Below, in pieces: positions 38,479-47,414 of a DNA stretch of 64,000 nt. The notes beneath the pieces were generated by a model that saw nothing but the letters and a program-made list of their open reading frames with translations, made no database searches and was not told where the DNA came from. Every line of letters starts with the position of its first letter. Position 1 is the first letter of the stretch. The DNA is from an uncultured Acidobacteriota bacterium (GTDB taxonomy: Bacteria; Acidobacteriota; Polarisedimenticolia; J045), in NCBI GenBank assembly GCA_963702425.1, contig CAVPCQ010000023.1:1-64000 (forward strand), read 5' to 3'. The translations under genes were made by a program, and so were the position numbers.

Positions 38479-41226
38479 ATGTCGCCCGCGCCGCCCGTCC
38501 TGCCGCCCAACGAGTGCCCCTCCTGCTCCGCGATTGCCCCGCCGGAGGCCGTCTCCTGCCCGCGCTGCGGCGCGGTCCTAGGCACGACCGCCGCGCCGCT
38601 TGCCGACGATTCCGCCGAGACGCGGCTGCGCGGGCCGTCCGTGCCGTCGCTCTCCGTCTCCTCGTCCGGGATCGACTCGTCGCCGCACGGCCTGTTCGTC
38701 CCGGGCCAGATCATCGCCGGGCGCTACCGGATCGTCGGCCGGCTCGGCAGCGGCGGGATGGGCGACGTCTACCGCGCCGACGACCTGCGACTGGGCCAGA
38801 CGGTTGCGCTGAAGTTCCTGCCGCCGAACTTCGCCAGCGACCCGCGCCGGCTCGCGGTCTTCCACAACGAGGTCCGGATCGCGCGCGAGGTCTCGCATCC
38901 CAACGTCTGCCGCGTGCACGACATCGGCGAGGTCGAGGGGCACGTCTTCCTGTCGATGGAGTACATCGACGGCGAAGACCTCGGCTCGCTGCTGCGCCGG
39001 ATCGGACGCGTCCCGCACGACAAGGCACTCGAGATCGCGCGACAGATCTGCGCCGGGCTCGCCGCCGCGCACCAGAAGGACGTGCTGCACCGCGACCTCA
39101 AGCCGGGGAACGTGATGATCGACGGGCGCGGCCGGGCACGGATCGCCGACTTCGGCCTGGCGGCGCTGACCGGCACGGTCGGCGAGGCCGACATCCGTTC
39201 GGGGACGCCGATCTACATGGCGCCGGAGCAGCTCGCGGGCCACGAGGTCACCAAGCGGAGCGACATCTACGGGCTGGGGATGGTGCTCTACGAGCTGTTC
39301 ACGGGCCGCCGCGCGATCGAGGCGAAGACCGTCGAGGACGTCCGCCGTCACCACGTCGAATCGAGCATCGCGCCGCCGTCGGACCTGGTCGGGGATCTCG
39401 ACCCGGCGGTGGAGCGCGTCATCCTGCGCTGCATGGACCGCGACCCGGCGCGCCGGCCGTCGTCAGCGCTGGCGGTCGCTGCCGCGCTCCCGGGCGGCGA
39501 CCCGTTGGCCGCGGCGCTCGCGGCGGGCGAGACGCCCAGCCCGGAGCTGGTGGCCGCGGCGGGAGAGGAAGGAGCACTCCGGAAGCGCGCCGCGTGGGCC
39601 TGGATGGGCGTCGCCGTGCTCGCCCTGCTGGCCTGGGCGGCGATCGAAACGCGCCACTCGATGCTCGCGCTGCAGCCGCTGCCGCTGCCGCCCGACGCGC
39701 TCGCCGAGCGAGCTCGCCAGGTCCTGGCGTCGGCCGGACACGAGCCGGAGCGCCGCGACTGGTCGCGCCGGTTCTTCAACGACCGCGGGGCGATCGACTG
39801 GCTCTCCGGCAAGAACGGCGGCCCGGCGTCGTGGCAGGGCCTCTTCCCCGAGGTCGTGCGTCCGACGCTGTTCCGCTACCGCCAGTCGAGCGCCGCGTTC
39901 GAGCCGATCAACTGGTTCGGGTTCGTCGGGGTGGACGATCCTCCGCACTCCACCCCCGGCGTCAGCTCGGCGGTGCTGCGCAGCGACGGCCGGCTGGTCG
40001 AGCTGTTCGTCGCTCCGCCGCAGCACGAGGCCGACGGCACGGCGGCCGGCAACGGCGCGCCCGCCGCCGACACCGGCGCCGCTGCCGACTACGCGCCGCT
40101 CATCGCCGCCGCCGGGCTCGACCCGGCGGCGCTGCAGCCGGCGGCACCCGAGTGGTCGCCTCCCTTCTTCGCCGACAGCCGCGCGGCCTGGACTGGGACG
40201 ATGCCGGGCGATTCCCGCTACCCGCTCCGCGTCGAGGCCGCATCCTACCGCGGCAAGCCGAGCTACTTCCTCGTCGTCGACCCGTGGGTCACGGCAGCGC
40301 GCGCGACCCCCCCGGAGGTCGGGCTGGCGAACCTGATCAGTATCCTGATCATCGTCGCCGCGATCGTCGCCGCCGGGCTGCTCGCGCGGCACAACGTGCG
40401 GCTCGGACGCGGCGACCGGCGCGGCGCCTGGCGCCTCGCGGCCGCCGTCGTCGCCCTGGCGGCCTCGACGAACCTGCTGCGGACGCAGATGCCGCAGAGC
40501 GTGGACGCGGCCTGGGACCGCTTATCCGGCTCGGCCGCGCTCGGGCTGTTCCTGGGGACGATCGTCTGGTTGCTCTACCTCGCGCTCGAGCCGATCGTCC
40601 GCAAGAGCCGGCCGGAGGTGATCGTCTCCTGGTCGCGCTTCATCGCGGGACGGTGGAGCGACCCGCTCGTCGGGCGCGACCTGCTGATCGGCAGTGCACT
40701 CGGCCTGGCCCTGAGTGCGGTCTCGCGCCTGCGCTTCGTCCTGCCGGGCTGGCTTGGGCTTCCGGCGACGCTCCCCTACGCGGCCGACATCGGCTCGCTC
40801 TCGTCGGTGCGCGACGCGTTGTCCGCGGCCCTCAACTCCGCGCTGGGCGCCGTCTTCGCCGCGCTGCTGATGACCTTCTTCGTCGCCCTCGGCACCCGCA
40901 CCGCGTCGACCCGCCGCTGGGGAATCCCGCTCTTCTTCGCGATCGCGCTGCTGATGACCTACCTCGGGATGGAGGAGGCGCCGCTGGCGGTCCGGCTGCC
41001 CCTGTCGATTGCCGGGGCCGCGATCTACTCGCTGGTCTTCGTCCGTTTCGGCCTGGTGGCGGGCTTCGCGATGGTCTTCTTCCTCAGTTGGCGCCTGCCG
41101 TTCCCGACGAGTCCCCAGACCTGGTATTTCGGCACCGCTGCGGTGCTGCTGCTGGCGGCGCTGGCGCTGCCGGTGTGGGGGCTGCTGCGGAGCCTGGGGG
41201 CGTCGCGGGGGCGGGGGGGCGGCTAG
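38479..41226 (+). CDS. Ser/Thr kinase with N-terminal Zn-ribbon, extracytoplasmic domain and multi-TM C-terminus
   Basis: CPSC...CPRC; LGSGGMGDVY, HRDLKPGN, DFG, GTPIYMAPE; about 8-9 TM helices. Confidence 0.92.
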   Translation: MSPAPPVLPPNECPSCSAIAPPEAVSCPRCGAVLGTTAAPLADDSAETRLRGPSVPSLSVSSSGIDSSPHGLFVPGQIIAGRYRIVGRLGSGGMGDVYRADDLRLGQTVALKFLPPNFASDPRRLAVFHNEVRIAREVSHPNVCRVHDIGEVEGHVFLSMEYIDGEDLGSLLRRIGRVPHDKALEIARQICAGLAAAHQKDVLHRDLKPGNVMIDGRGRARIADFGLAALTGTVGEADIRSGTPIYMAPEQLAGHEVTKRSDIYGLGMVLYELFTGRRAIEAKTVEDVRRHHVESSIAPPSDLVGDLDPAVERVILRCMDRDPARRPSSALAVAAALPGGDPLAAALAAGETPSPELVAAAGEEGALRKRAAWAWMGVAVLALLAWAAIETRHSMLALQPLPLPPDALAERARQVLASAGHEPERRDWSRRFFNDRGAIDWLSGKNGGPASWQGLFPEVVRPTLFRYRQSSAAFEPINWFGFVGVDDPPHSTPGVSSAVLRSDGRLVELFVAPPQHEADGTAAGNGAPAADTGAAADYAPLIAAAGLDPAALQPAAPEWSPPFFADSRAAWTGTMPGDSRYPLRVEAASYRGKPSYFLVVDPWVTAARATPPEVGLANLISILIIVAAIVAAGLLARHNVRLGRGDRRGAWRLAAAVVALAASTNLLRTQMPQSVDAAWDRLSGSAALGLFLGTIVWLLYLALEPIVRKSRPEVIVSWSRFIAGRWSDPLVGRDLLIGSALGLALSAVSRLRFVLPGWLGLPATLPYAADIGSLSSVRDALSAALNSALGAVFAALLMTFFVALGTRTASTRRWGIPLFFAIALLMTYLGMEEAPLAVRLPLSIAGAAIYSLVFVRFGLVAGFAMVFFLSWRLPFPTSPQTWYFGTAAVLLLAALALPVWGLLRSLGASRGRGGG

Positions 41227-41261
41227 CGTGCGGGGTGTCGCCCGAGCCGGCGCCCAGCGCC

Positions 41262-41618
41262 TCGAGCACCGGGTGGCCGGCGAGAATCCGACGTGGGGAG
41301 CGCCGCGCATCCACGGCGAGATCCAGAAGCTCGGCCTTGAGGTCTCCGAACGCACAGTCTCGCGCACCATGCCCCGGCGCCCGGCCCATCCCGACGAACC
41401 GCAACGATGGCGCACCTTGCTCGCCAACCACCACGAGGTCATCACTGCGATCGACCTCTTCACCGTCCCCACCGCCACGTTCCGCGTGCTCTACGTCTTC
41501 TTCGTCGTCCACCACGCTCGGCGCGAGCTGATGCTCTTCCGTGTCACCGTCCATCCGACGGCGGCCTGGATCACGCAGCAACTCCGCGAGGCGTTCCCCT
41601 ACGACCAGGCACCGCGCT
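41262..41618 (+). pseudogene. Middle fragment of an rve-type (IS481/IS3-like) transposase
   Basis: ENPTWGAPRIHGE...IDLFTVPTATFRVLYVFFVVHHARR...WITQQLREAFPYDQAPR. Confidence 0.85.
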
Positions 41619-41669
41619 GCGGATAAGGGGAATTGCCCGCGTTTCAGCACGCGCTCAGCGTAGCATCGG
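41619..41669 (+). repeat. Left 51-bp inverted repeat (S1)
   Basis: GCGGATAAGGGGAATTGCCCGCGTTTCAGCACG...; 44 of 51 positions match the reverse complement of 42946-42996 by manual alignment. Confidence 0.85.
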
Positions 41670-41815
41670 GCCTCCGCCATGACGCGGTGGCGCCTCAAGC
41701 CCGTCTCCTTCAGGATCTGGGGGATCTGGGCCAGCTTCTCGTCGGGCATCGGGTTGCCGATGCCCATCGCGTCGCGCCTCCGGGAGGGGGACATGGTGGC
41801 GCGGGCGGGGGCCGG

Positions 41816-41854
41816 TTGACGCCTCGAGCGGAATCTGGCTATATTATAGCCAGA
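41816..41854 (+). promoter_or_regulatory. Toxin-antitoxin promoter with a perfect palindromic operator
   Basis: TTGACG at 41816; TCTGGCTATA-T-TATAGCCAGA (41834-41854) covers the -10 and abuts the ATG. Confidence 0.8.
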
Positions 41855-42148
41855 ATGCGCTACCAGATCGTGCTGGCCCCCGAGGCGCTGGAAGATCTCA
41901 AGGCGCTGGGAGCGGTGCCGCGCGCGGCCGTGCGAGAGGCGATGGAAGCCCACCTGCGCCGCGAGCCGAGCAGGACGAGCCGGAGCCGGATCAAGCGGCT
42001 TCGCGGGTTGTCCAGGCCCCAGTACCGCCTGCGCGTCGGCGATCTGCGCGTCTTCTACGACGTCACGAAGCGAGCGGTCCACGTGCTCGCGATCGTGTCC
42101 AAGGCCGATGCAGCCCGCTGGCTGTCCGAGGAAGGCGAGGAGCCATGA
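41855..42148 (+). CDS. RelE/ParE-family toxin
   Basis: MRYQIVLAPEALEDLKAL...IKRLRG...YRLRVGDLRVFYDV. Confidence 0.9.
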   Translation: MRYQIVLAPEALEDLKALGAVPRAAVREAMEAHLRREPSRTSRSRIKRLRGLSRPQYRLRVGDLRVFYDVTKRAVHVLAIVSKADAARWLSEEGEEP

Positions 42149-42390
42149 GAAAGATCGCATTGTCGGAAGCGAAGGACGACCTTTCCCGCGTGCTCCGGCT
42201 TGCTGAAACCGAGGAGATCGTCATCACACGTCACGGCCGGCCGGCCGGCGTCCTGATCGGCTTCGCCAACGAGGACGATTGGTTCGACTACCGGCTCGAG
42301 AACGACCCGCGCTTTCTCGCGCGCGTCGAAGCGGCCCGGACGAGCCTGCGGGCCGGGCGCGGCGTGAAGCTGGAGGACGTCGAGGAGTAG
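42145..42390 (+). CDS. Phd/YefM-family antitoxin
   Basis: IALSEAKDDLSRVL...EIVITRHGRPAGVL. Confidence 0.9.
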   Translation: MRKIALSEAKDDLSRVLRLAETEEIVITRHGRPAGVLIGFANEDDWFDYRLENDPRFLARVEAARTSLRAGRGVKLEDVEE

Positions 42391-42437
42391 CCCCCGGCGC
42401 AGCACACGGCAAGGCCGGCGGGGGCGGTGTACGATGT

Positions 42438-42905
42438 TGTCCCTCGCCATATCCCCGTCCGCCATGCCCTTCAACGAGTTGCGTTCCTGTGCAGGATACC
42501 CGAATCGCCCGCGGACGAGCCCGCTTGCCCTCCGTCCCGACCGCAGTCGTCGTGCGTGGTTGCTCAACCGCGCTCTTGGCCGTCGCCCGGACTCTCCTCG
42601 CGATCTTCGCCAGCCGGGCCGACCTGATCCTGGAGAACCTCGCGCTCCGCCAGCAGCTCGCTGTCCTCCGACGGAAGCACCCTCGACCTCGTCTCCGCGC
42701 GTCCGATCGATTCTTCTGGCTTACCCTGCGCCGCTGCTGGCCGTGCTGGAAGGAGACGCTCGCCATCGTCCAGCCCGAGACCGTCATCCGCTGGCATCGC
42801 GAGGGCTTCAGGCGGTACTGGCGATGGACATCGCGTCGCCGCGCTGGACGACCGAGCACCGGAGCCGACATCCGCGCCCTCGTGCACCGGATGGCCGCCG
42901 AGAAT
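42438..42905 (+). mobile_element. Left end and N-terminal part of the rve-type IS (copy A)
   Basis: Terminal repeat TGTCCCTCGCCA; LILENLALRQQLAVL...DRFFW...VQPETVIRWHR...RMAAEN. Confidence 0.85.
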
Positions 42906-42996
42906 CGGGCCATTCCGCTAATCCGCTCAGCCCCGTCCTGGCTCGCCGGTGCGACCCTCAGCCCGTGCTGAAACGCGGGCCATTCCGCTTATCCGC
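42906..42996 (-). repeat. Right inverted repeat (S3, 42946-42996) plus a partial third copy (S2, 42906-42926)
   Basis: CGGGCCATTCCGCT(A/T)ATCCGC occurs twice, 70 bp apart. Confidence 0.85.
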
Positions 42997-43130
42997 CCAC
43001 CGCCTAACCGCGTCCAGGTCTGGTGTCAGTTTTCCCACCGCGCCCTCTCCGCGGTATAAGTGTGGACGGCAGCCCATCGTTGGTCGCCTCCGTCGCCGTC
43101 GCGGCCCCGCGGATGGACGGGAGGTTCGGT

Positions 43131-46100
43131 TTGAAGCAGCGCCCAACTCCCCCGTCGTGGCGGCGCGCCGTCGGCGCGGCGAACGCCCGCACGCTGGTTT
43201 CTCTTGCGCTTCTCGTCGCTCCCGCAACCGCCTCGGCTGCGTCGGAAGCGCCGCCCCCGATCGAGTGGCAGGTCGTCTTCGGGGACGGATTCGAGGGCGG
43301 TCTCGGGCAGTGGATCGTCGACTCGTCTGGCGACGTGCGGATCGAGCCGATGGTGACGACCTTCCGCGCGCACTCCGGCACCGCCTCCGCCTACCCGACC
43401 GGAGGAGGACCCGACGGCGTCCCGCCCCCCGGCCCCTACCGGGGACGGTTCTTCTCCCGATTGACCACGCGCCCGTTCGACCTCTCGCGATACCGCGATG
43501 CGTACGTCGTGGTGTGGTTCTGGGAGCGCATCGCCGAACCGGCGAGGCATCAGGCCCGGGCCGTTCTCGAGAGCGCCGACGGTAGGCAAGGCGTCGTGCT
43601 CCCGCTCTCCAGCGTGACCGTCGGCGACTTGGCGTCCGACCCGACATCGGCAGCGGGTTGGCGCAAGGCGGTGCTTCGCGTGCCCCGGTCGATGCTCCAG
43701 GCCGACGTCGTCCTGCGAATCGGTTTCTCCACGCCGTGGGACGCCTGGTACGACGTCGGCAGCGAGGGGATCTACCTCGACGACATCCGCGTCATCGGGA
43801 CCCAGGACGAGGGCATCGCGCTGCCGAGCCAAGACCCCTACTCGGGAGAGCAGTGGGACCTCCGGAACCGCGGGCAGGTCGCCCGATGCGGCTCCGAGTC
43901 GAATGTCCTGGGGTTGCCCGAAGCGTGGAACGCGGCCGGTCCCGTGGACCCCGAGATGATCGTGGCAGTCGTCGGCGACGGGGTCGAGGCGAATGACGAC
44001 CTGGTGCTCGACCCAGGAATCGACGCGTTGAACGGGAAGCCGGGTGGAGCGCCACGGGAGTGGACCGAGCGGGTGGGAACCGCCGCCGCCGGCTTCATCG
44101 GGGCGAAGCGGGACGACGGGATCGGGGTCGTGGGGGTGGCGCCGGGGGCGCGGATCCTGCCGGTCTACCTCCCGACCGACGCGGCGGGTTCGGGCCTGGC
44201 GCAGGCCGTCGAGCGCGCCGTTGCGCGCGGCGCCAAGGTCCTGCTGGTGACCTCCGCGGTGACGACTGACGCCGAGGCGTTCCGCGCGGCCGTGGAGCGC
44301 GCCGTCGTGCTGGGTCGCGTGGTCGTCGCGCCTGCGGGCGATGCGACCGGCGTCGGCGCCGGGAGCCACGACACCGGGGAAGCGTGCCGCATCGTGTCCG
44401 CCGCGGGAGGAATCTGCGTTGGCGCCTCGAGCCCCTCCGACGAGTACAAGGGGGTCGCGAGCTGCGACGGGCTGGCGTTCTGGAGTTCGGCGTACGCCGG
44501 TCATGGTCCGGATCTCGTCGCTCCCGGCGTGGCGGGATGCACGACGGATCGTGCCGGCGGCGGCGGGTACAACCAGGGCTCGTGGCAGTACGGGATCGAC
44601 GATCGGTGGACCTGCGAGGCCTCGGGGACCGCCTTTGCTGCGGCTCGCGTCGCGGGCCTCGCAGCCTTGATGCTGACGGCGAGCCCCACCCTCTCGCCCG
44701 CGCAGGTCCGGGACATCCTGGTCGCGACGGCTCGGGACATCGACGATCCGGGTCCCGACGACCGCACGGGGGCCGGCCGAGTGGACGCGGCGGCCGCCGT
44801 TCGCGAGGCGGCGCAGTCGACAGGCGACACCCATCCGATTCCGTTCCTCGAGTCGATCGAGCCGAGCGCGGCCCGCGTCGGGACCCAGGGGCTCGAGTTG
44901 ACGCTTCGCGGCGCAGGGTTCGTTCCCGAGAGCGTCGCGCTGTGGGACGGGGAACCGCGCCCGACGACGTTCGTCTCCGCGCGCGAACTGCGGGCCGAGA
45001 TCGGCGCCGCGGATCTTGCCGATCAGCGCGTGCTCGAAGTCAGCGTCGGCTCGCCCCCGCCGGGCGGCGGGATCGTCGACCTCACGGTGCCGTTCGCGGT
45101 CGACGGGGACGCCACGGTCTTCGAGCCGGCGGCGCCGATCGGGCTGCGCTGCGTTTCGGTCGGACAGCCGGCAGCGTATCGGGTAACCGGGGCGGCCTGT
45201 CATCCGGCGCGCGGCGTCGAGTACCAGCTCGATTTCGGCGACGACCGCTACTCGGATTGGATCCCCGCGGCGGTGCCGGCGGCTCGCGAGCTGCTTGCCG
45301 CACATCGACCGTCGAGCACCCTGGCCTCCAACGCGGACGACGCCATCGCACGGCGCCAGGACGCCGAGCGGCTGCTGCCCGAGCTGCGCGAGCGCGGCAC
45401 GCTGCGCGTCATCGTCGAGCTGACCGAGCCCGCGAGCGTCGAGCTCGCGGCCTACGCGGTGGGGCCGGCCCGTCGCTACGAGACGCTACCGCTGGCGGCA
45501 CTTACGGTCGACGAGGCGGGCTTGATCGGTCTCGCGGGGGACGCTCCGGTTCGCCGGATCTGGCGCGACGAGTTGCGCCGGCCGACGCTCTGGCGGAGCG
45601 TGCCGTCGATCGGCGCACCCCGCGTCTGGGCACTGGGGCCGACGGGACGGGGGCAGGCGATCGCGGTGCTCGACACCGGCGTCGATGCGGCGCACCCGGT
45701 TCTGGCCGGCCGTGTGTCGGCCGAGGCCTGCTTCTCGACGAACGACACGACGTATTCCGCCGTGAGCCTGTGCCCCGACCGCGCGCCGCGCGCGGAAGGT
45801 CCGGGCACCGCAGCCCCCTGTCTCCAGTACGGCTGCGAGCACGGCACGCACGTCGCCGGGATTGCGGCCGGCGACCAGGTACCGCTCCGGGGCGTGGCGC
45901 CGGGCGCCACGATCGTCGCGCTGCAGGTCTTCACGCGCTTCGACTCGGTGCTCTGGTGCGGCTCCAGCGCGCCGTGCGTCATGAGCTTCGTCTCCGACCA
46001 GATCGCCGCGCTTGACTGGCTGCTGGCGCGGTACGCCGAGCTCGGTGTGGTGGCGGTCAACATGAGCCTCGGCGGTGGGGTGTCCTCGGTCGCCTGCGAC

Positions 46101-47345
46101 GACCTCGAGCCGACCGCGCCGGCGATCGCGGCGCTGCGCGAGGCCGGCGTGGCGACCGTCGTCTCGTCGGGGAACGACGGGTCGCGGCTCGGCGTGAGCT
46201 TCCCGGCCTGCGTCTCGAGCGCGATCAGCGTCGGCGCCGTCGATGCGGACGGCGTCCGCGCTTCCTTCAGCAACATCGGTCCGCAGCTCACGCTCCACGC
46301 GCCGGGCGTGGAGGTCTGGTCGGCGCTCCCCGGTGGCGGCCACGCCAAGCTGAGCGGGACGTCGATGGCGGCGCCTCACGTCGCCGGGGCGGTGGCGCTG
46401 CTACGCGAGACGCGCCCCGACGCGTCCGTCGACGAACTCGTCGCCGCGCTGCGCGACGGCGGGGTCGCCAACGGCCCTCCGAGCTGGAGCTATGGTCTCG
46501 CCCCGCGGCTCTCGGTGCCCCAGGCCTGGGGCCTCGCGGCAGATGGCAGCGAGCTGCAGATCGCCTCGGCTTGGAACGTGGGCTGCGAACGAGATCGCGC
46601 TCCGGGCCCGCGCGCGCTGCGCGGCGGTCCCGGGGGCGGTCTCGGCGTGGTCGGAGGTGAAGCTGCTGAAGGTGCAGCCCGATCCCACGCGGGCTTGGCC
46701 GCCGATCCTGCGCACTCTCACCGGGCCGGTGTACGTCGGGCACCCGCTGACGCTGGAGTTCTACCCCGGGAGTGTGGGGAACGGGGGGTGCAACGACACC
46801 GGGCAATACGAGCTCGACTGGGGCGACGGCGCAACGAGCGGCTGGCTTCCCCCGGGCAGCCGTTCGGGCGGCACACGTACGAGGCGAATGGCACCTTCCC
46901 GATCCGGGGGCGCACGCGAGCGTTCCACGAGCCGAGCATCGTCTCCGCCTGGTCGGAGCCGGTGACGGTCACGGTGACCACCTTCACCGCGCCCGATCTC
47001 CGCGCGCGTTGGACCTCTCTGAAACGGAACTGCAGCGGCAAGGGGGCCAAGACCAACTGCCGGGTCAAGGGAAAGCTGGTGATCGAGAACGCGGGCAACG
47101 AGTCGCTGCCCGGCGCGTCGTTCCAGCTTGCGCTGCGGAGCGCGACCGGCCGGGTTTGGATCGGCGCGGCGACGAGTGTCCCGCGCCTGACGCGGGGGGC
47201 GACGGTCGAGGTTTCGGTGCGGGCGGCGTTCCCGCGCGGTGAGAAGGGGACCGGTCAATTCGTAGTCGCCGTGCTCGATCCACGGGGCCTCGTGGAGGAG
47301 CTGGACGAGGCCAACAACGAGGCGGTATTCGGCCCCCTGCGCTGA
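43131..47345 (+). CDS. Secreted double-S8 (subtilase) protein with IPT/Ig, PKD-like and CARDB-like domains; first S8 domain degenerate; compensating frameshifts at ~46580 and ~46855
   Basis: TTG start after GGGAGG. Second S8 has DTG, HGTHVAG and GTSMAAP. C-terminus VLDP.GLVEELDEANN. The PKD-like GQYELDWGDG segment is in the 46492 frame. Confidence 0.88.
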   Translation: MKQRPTPPSWRRAVGAANARTLVSLALLVAPATASAASEAPPPIEWQVVFGDGFEGGLGQWIVDSSGDVRIEPMVTTFRAHSGTASAYPTGGGPDGVPPPGPYRGRFFSRLTTRPFDLSRYRDAYVVVWFWERIAEPARHQARAVLESADGRQGVVLPLSSVTVGDLASDPTSAAGWRKAVLRVPRSMLQADVVLRIGFSTPWDAWYDVGSEGIYLDDIRVIGTQDEGIALPSQDPYSGEQWDLRNRGQVARCGSESNVLGLPEAWNAAGPVDPEMIVAVVGDGVEANDDLVLDPGIDALNGKPGGAPREWTERVGTAAAGFIGAKRDDGIGVVGVAPGARILPVYLPTDAAGSGLAQAVERAVARGAKVLLVTSAVTTDAEAFRAAVERAVVLGRVVVAPAGDATGVGAGSHDTGEACRIVSAAGGICVGASSPSDEYKGVASCDGLAFWSSAYAGHGPDLVAPGVAGCTTDRAGGGGYNQGSWQYGIDDRWTCEASGTAFAAARVAGLAALMLTASPTLSPAQVRDILVATARDIDDPGPDDRTGAGRVDAAAAVREAAQSTGDTHPIPFLESIEPSAARVGTQGLELTLRGAGFVPESVALWDGEPRPTTFVSARELRAEIGAADLADQRVLEVSVGSPPPGGGIVDLTVPFAVDGDATVFEPAAPIGLRCVSVGQPAAYRVTGAACHPARGVEYQLDFGDDRYSDWIPAAVPAARELLAAHRPSSTLASNADDAIARRQDAERLLPELRERGTLRVIVELTEPASVELAAYAVGPARRYETLPLAALTVDEAGLIGLAGDAPVRRIWRDELRRPTLWRSVPSIGAPRVWALGPTGRGQAIAVLDTGVDAAHPVLAGRVSAEACFSTNDTTYSAVSLCPDRAPRAEGPGTAAPCLQYGCEHGTHVAGIAAGDQVPLRGVAPGATIVALQVFTRFDSVLWCGSSAPCVMSFVSDQIAALDWLLARYAELGVVAVNMSLGGGVSSVACDDLEPTAPAIAALREAGVATVVSSGNDGSRLGVSFPACVSSAISVGAVDADGVRASFSNIGPQLTLHAPGVEVWSALPGGGHAKLSGTSMAAPHVAGAVALLRETRPDASVDELVAALRDGGVANGPPSWSYGLAPRLSVPQAWGLAADGSELQIASAWNVGCERDRAPGPRALRGGPGGGLGVVGGEAAEGAARSHAGLAADPAHSHRAGVRRAPADAGVLPRECGERGVQRHRAIRARLGRRRNERLASPGQPFGRHTYEANGTFPIRGRTRAFHEPSIVSAWSEPVTVTVTTFTAPDLRARWTSLKRNCSGKGAKTNCRVKGKLVIENAGNESLPGASFQLALRSATGRVWIGAATSVPRLTRGATVEVSVRAAFPRGEKGTGQFVVAVLDPRGLVEELDEANNEAVFGPLR

Positions 47346-47414
47346 TGCCTGCGGGCGAGCGTCGCGGGCCCACGGTGGCCACAAGCGTGTTGGTGCCCCC
47401 CGTCGGGTGAGCCC

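Noticed and set aside
33202-43010. Integron attC cores (GTTAGGC at ~33202, GCCTAAC at ~43002)
   Set aside because: No paired R''/R' boxes at a sensible distance, no cassette periodicity and no intI.
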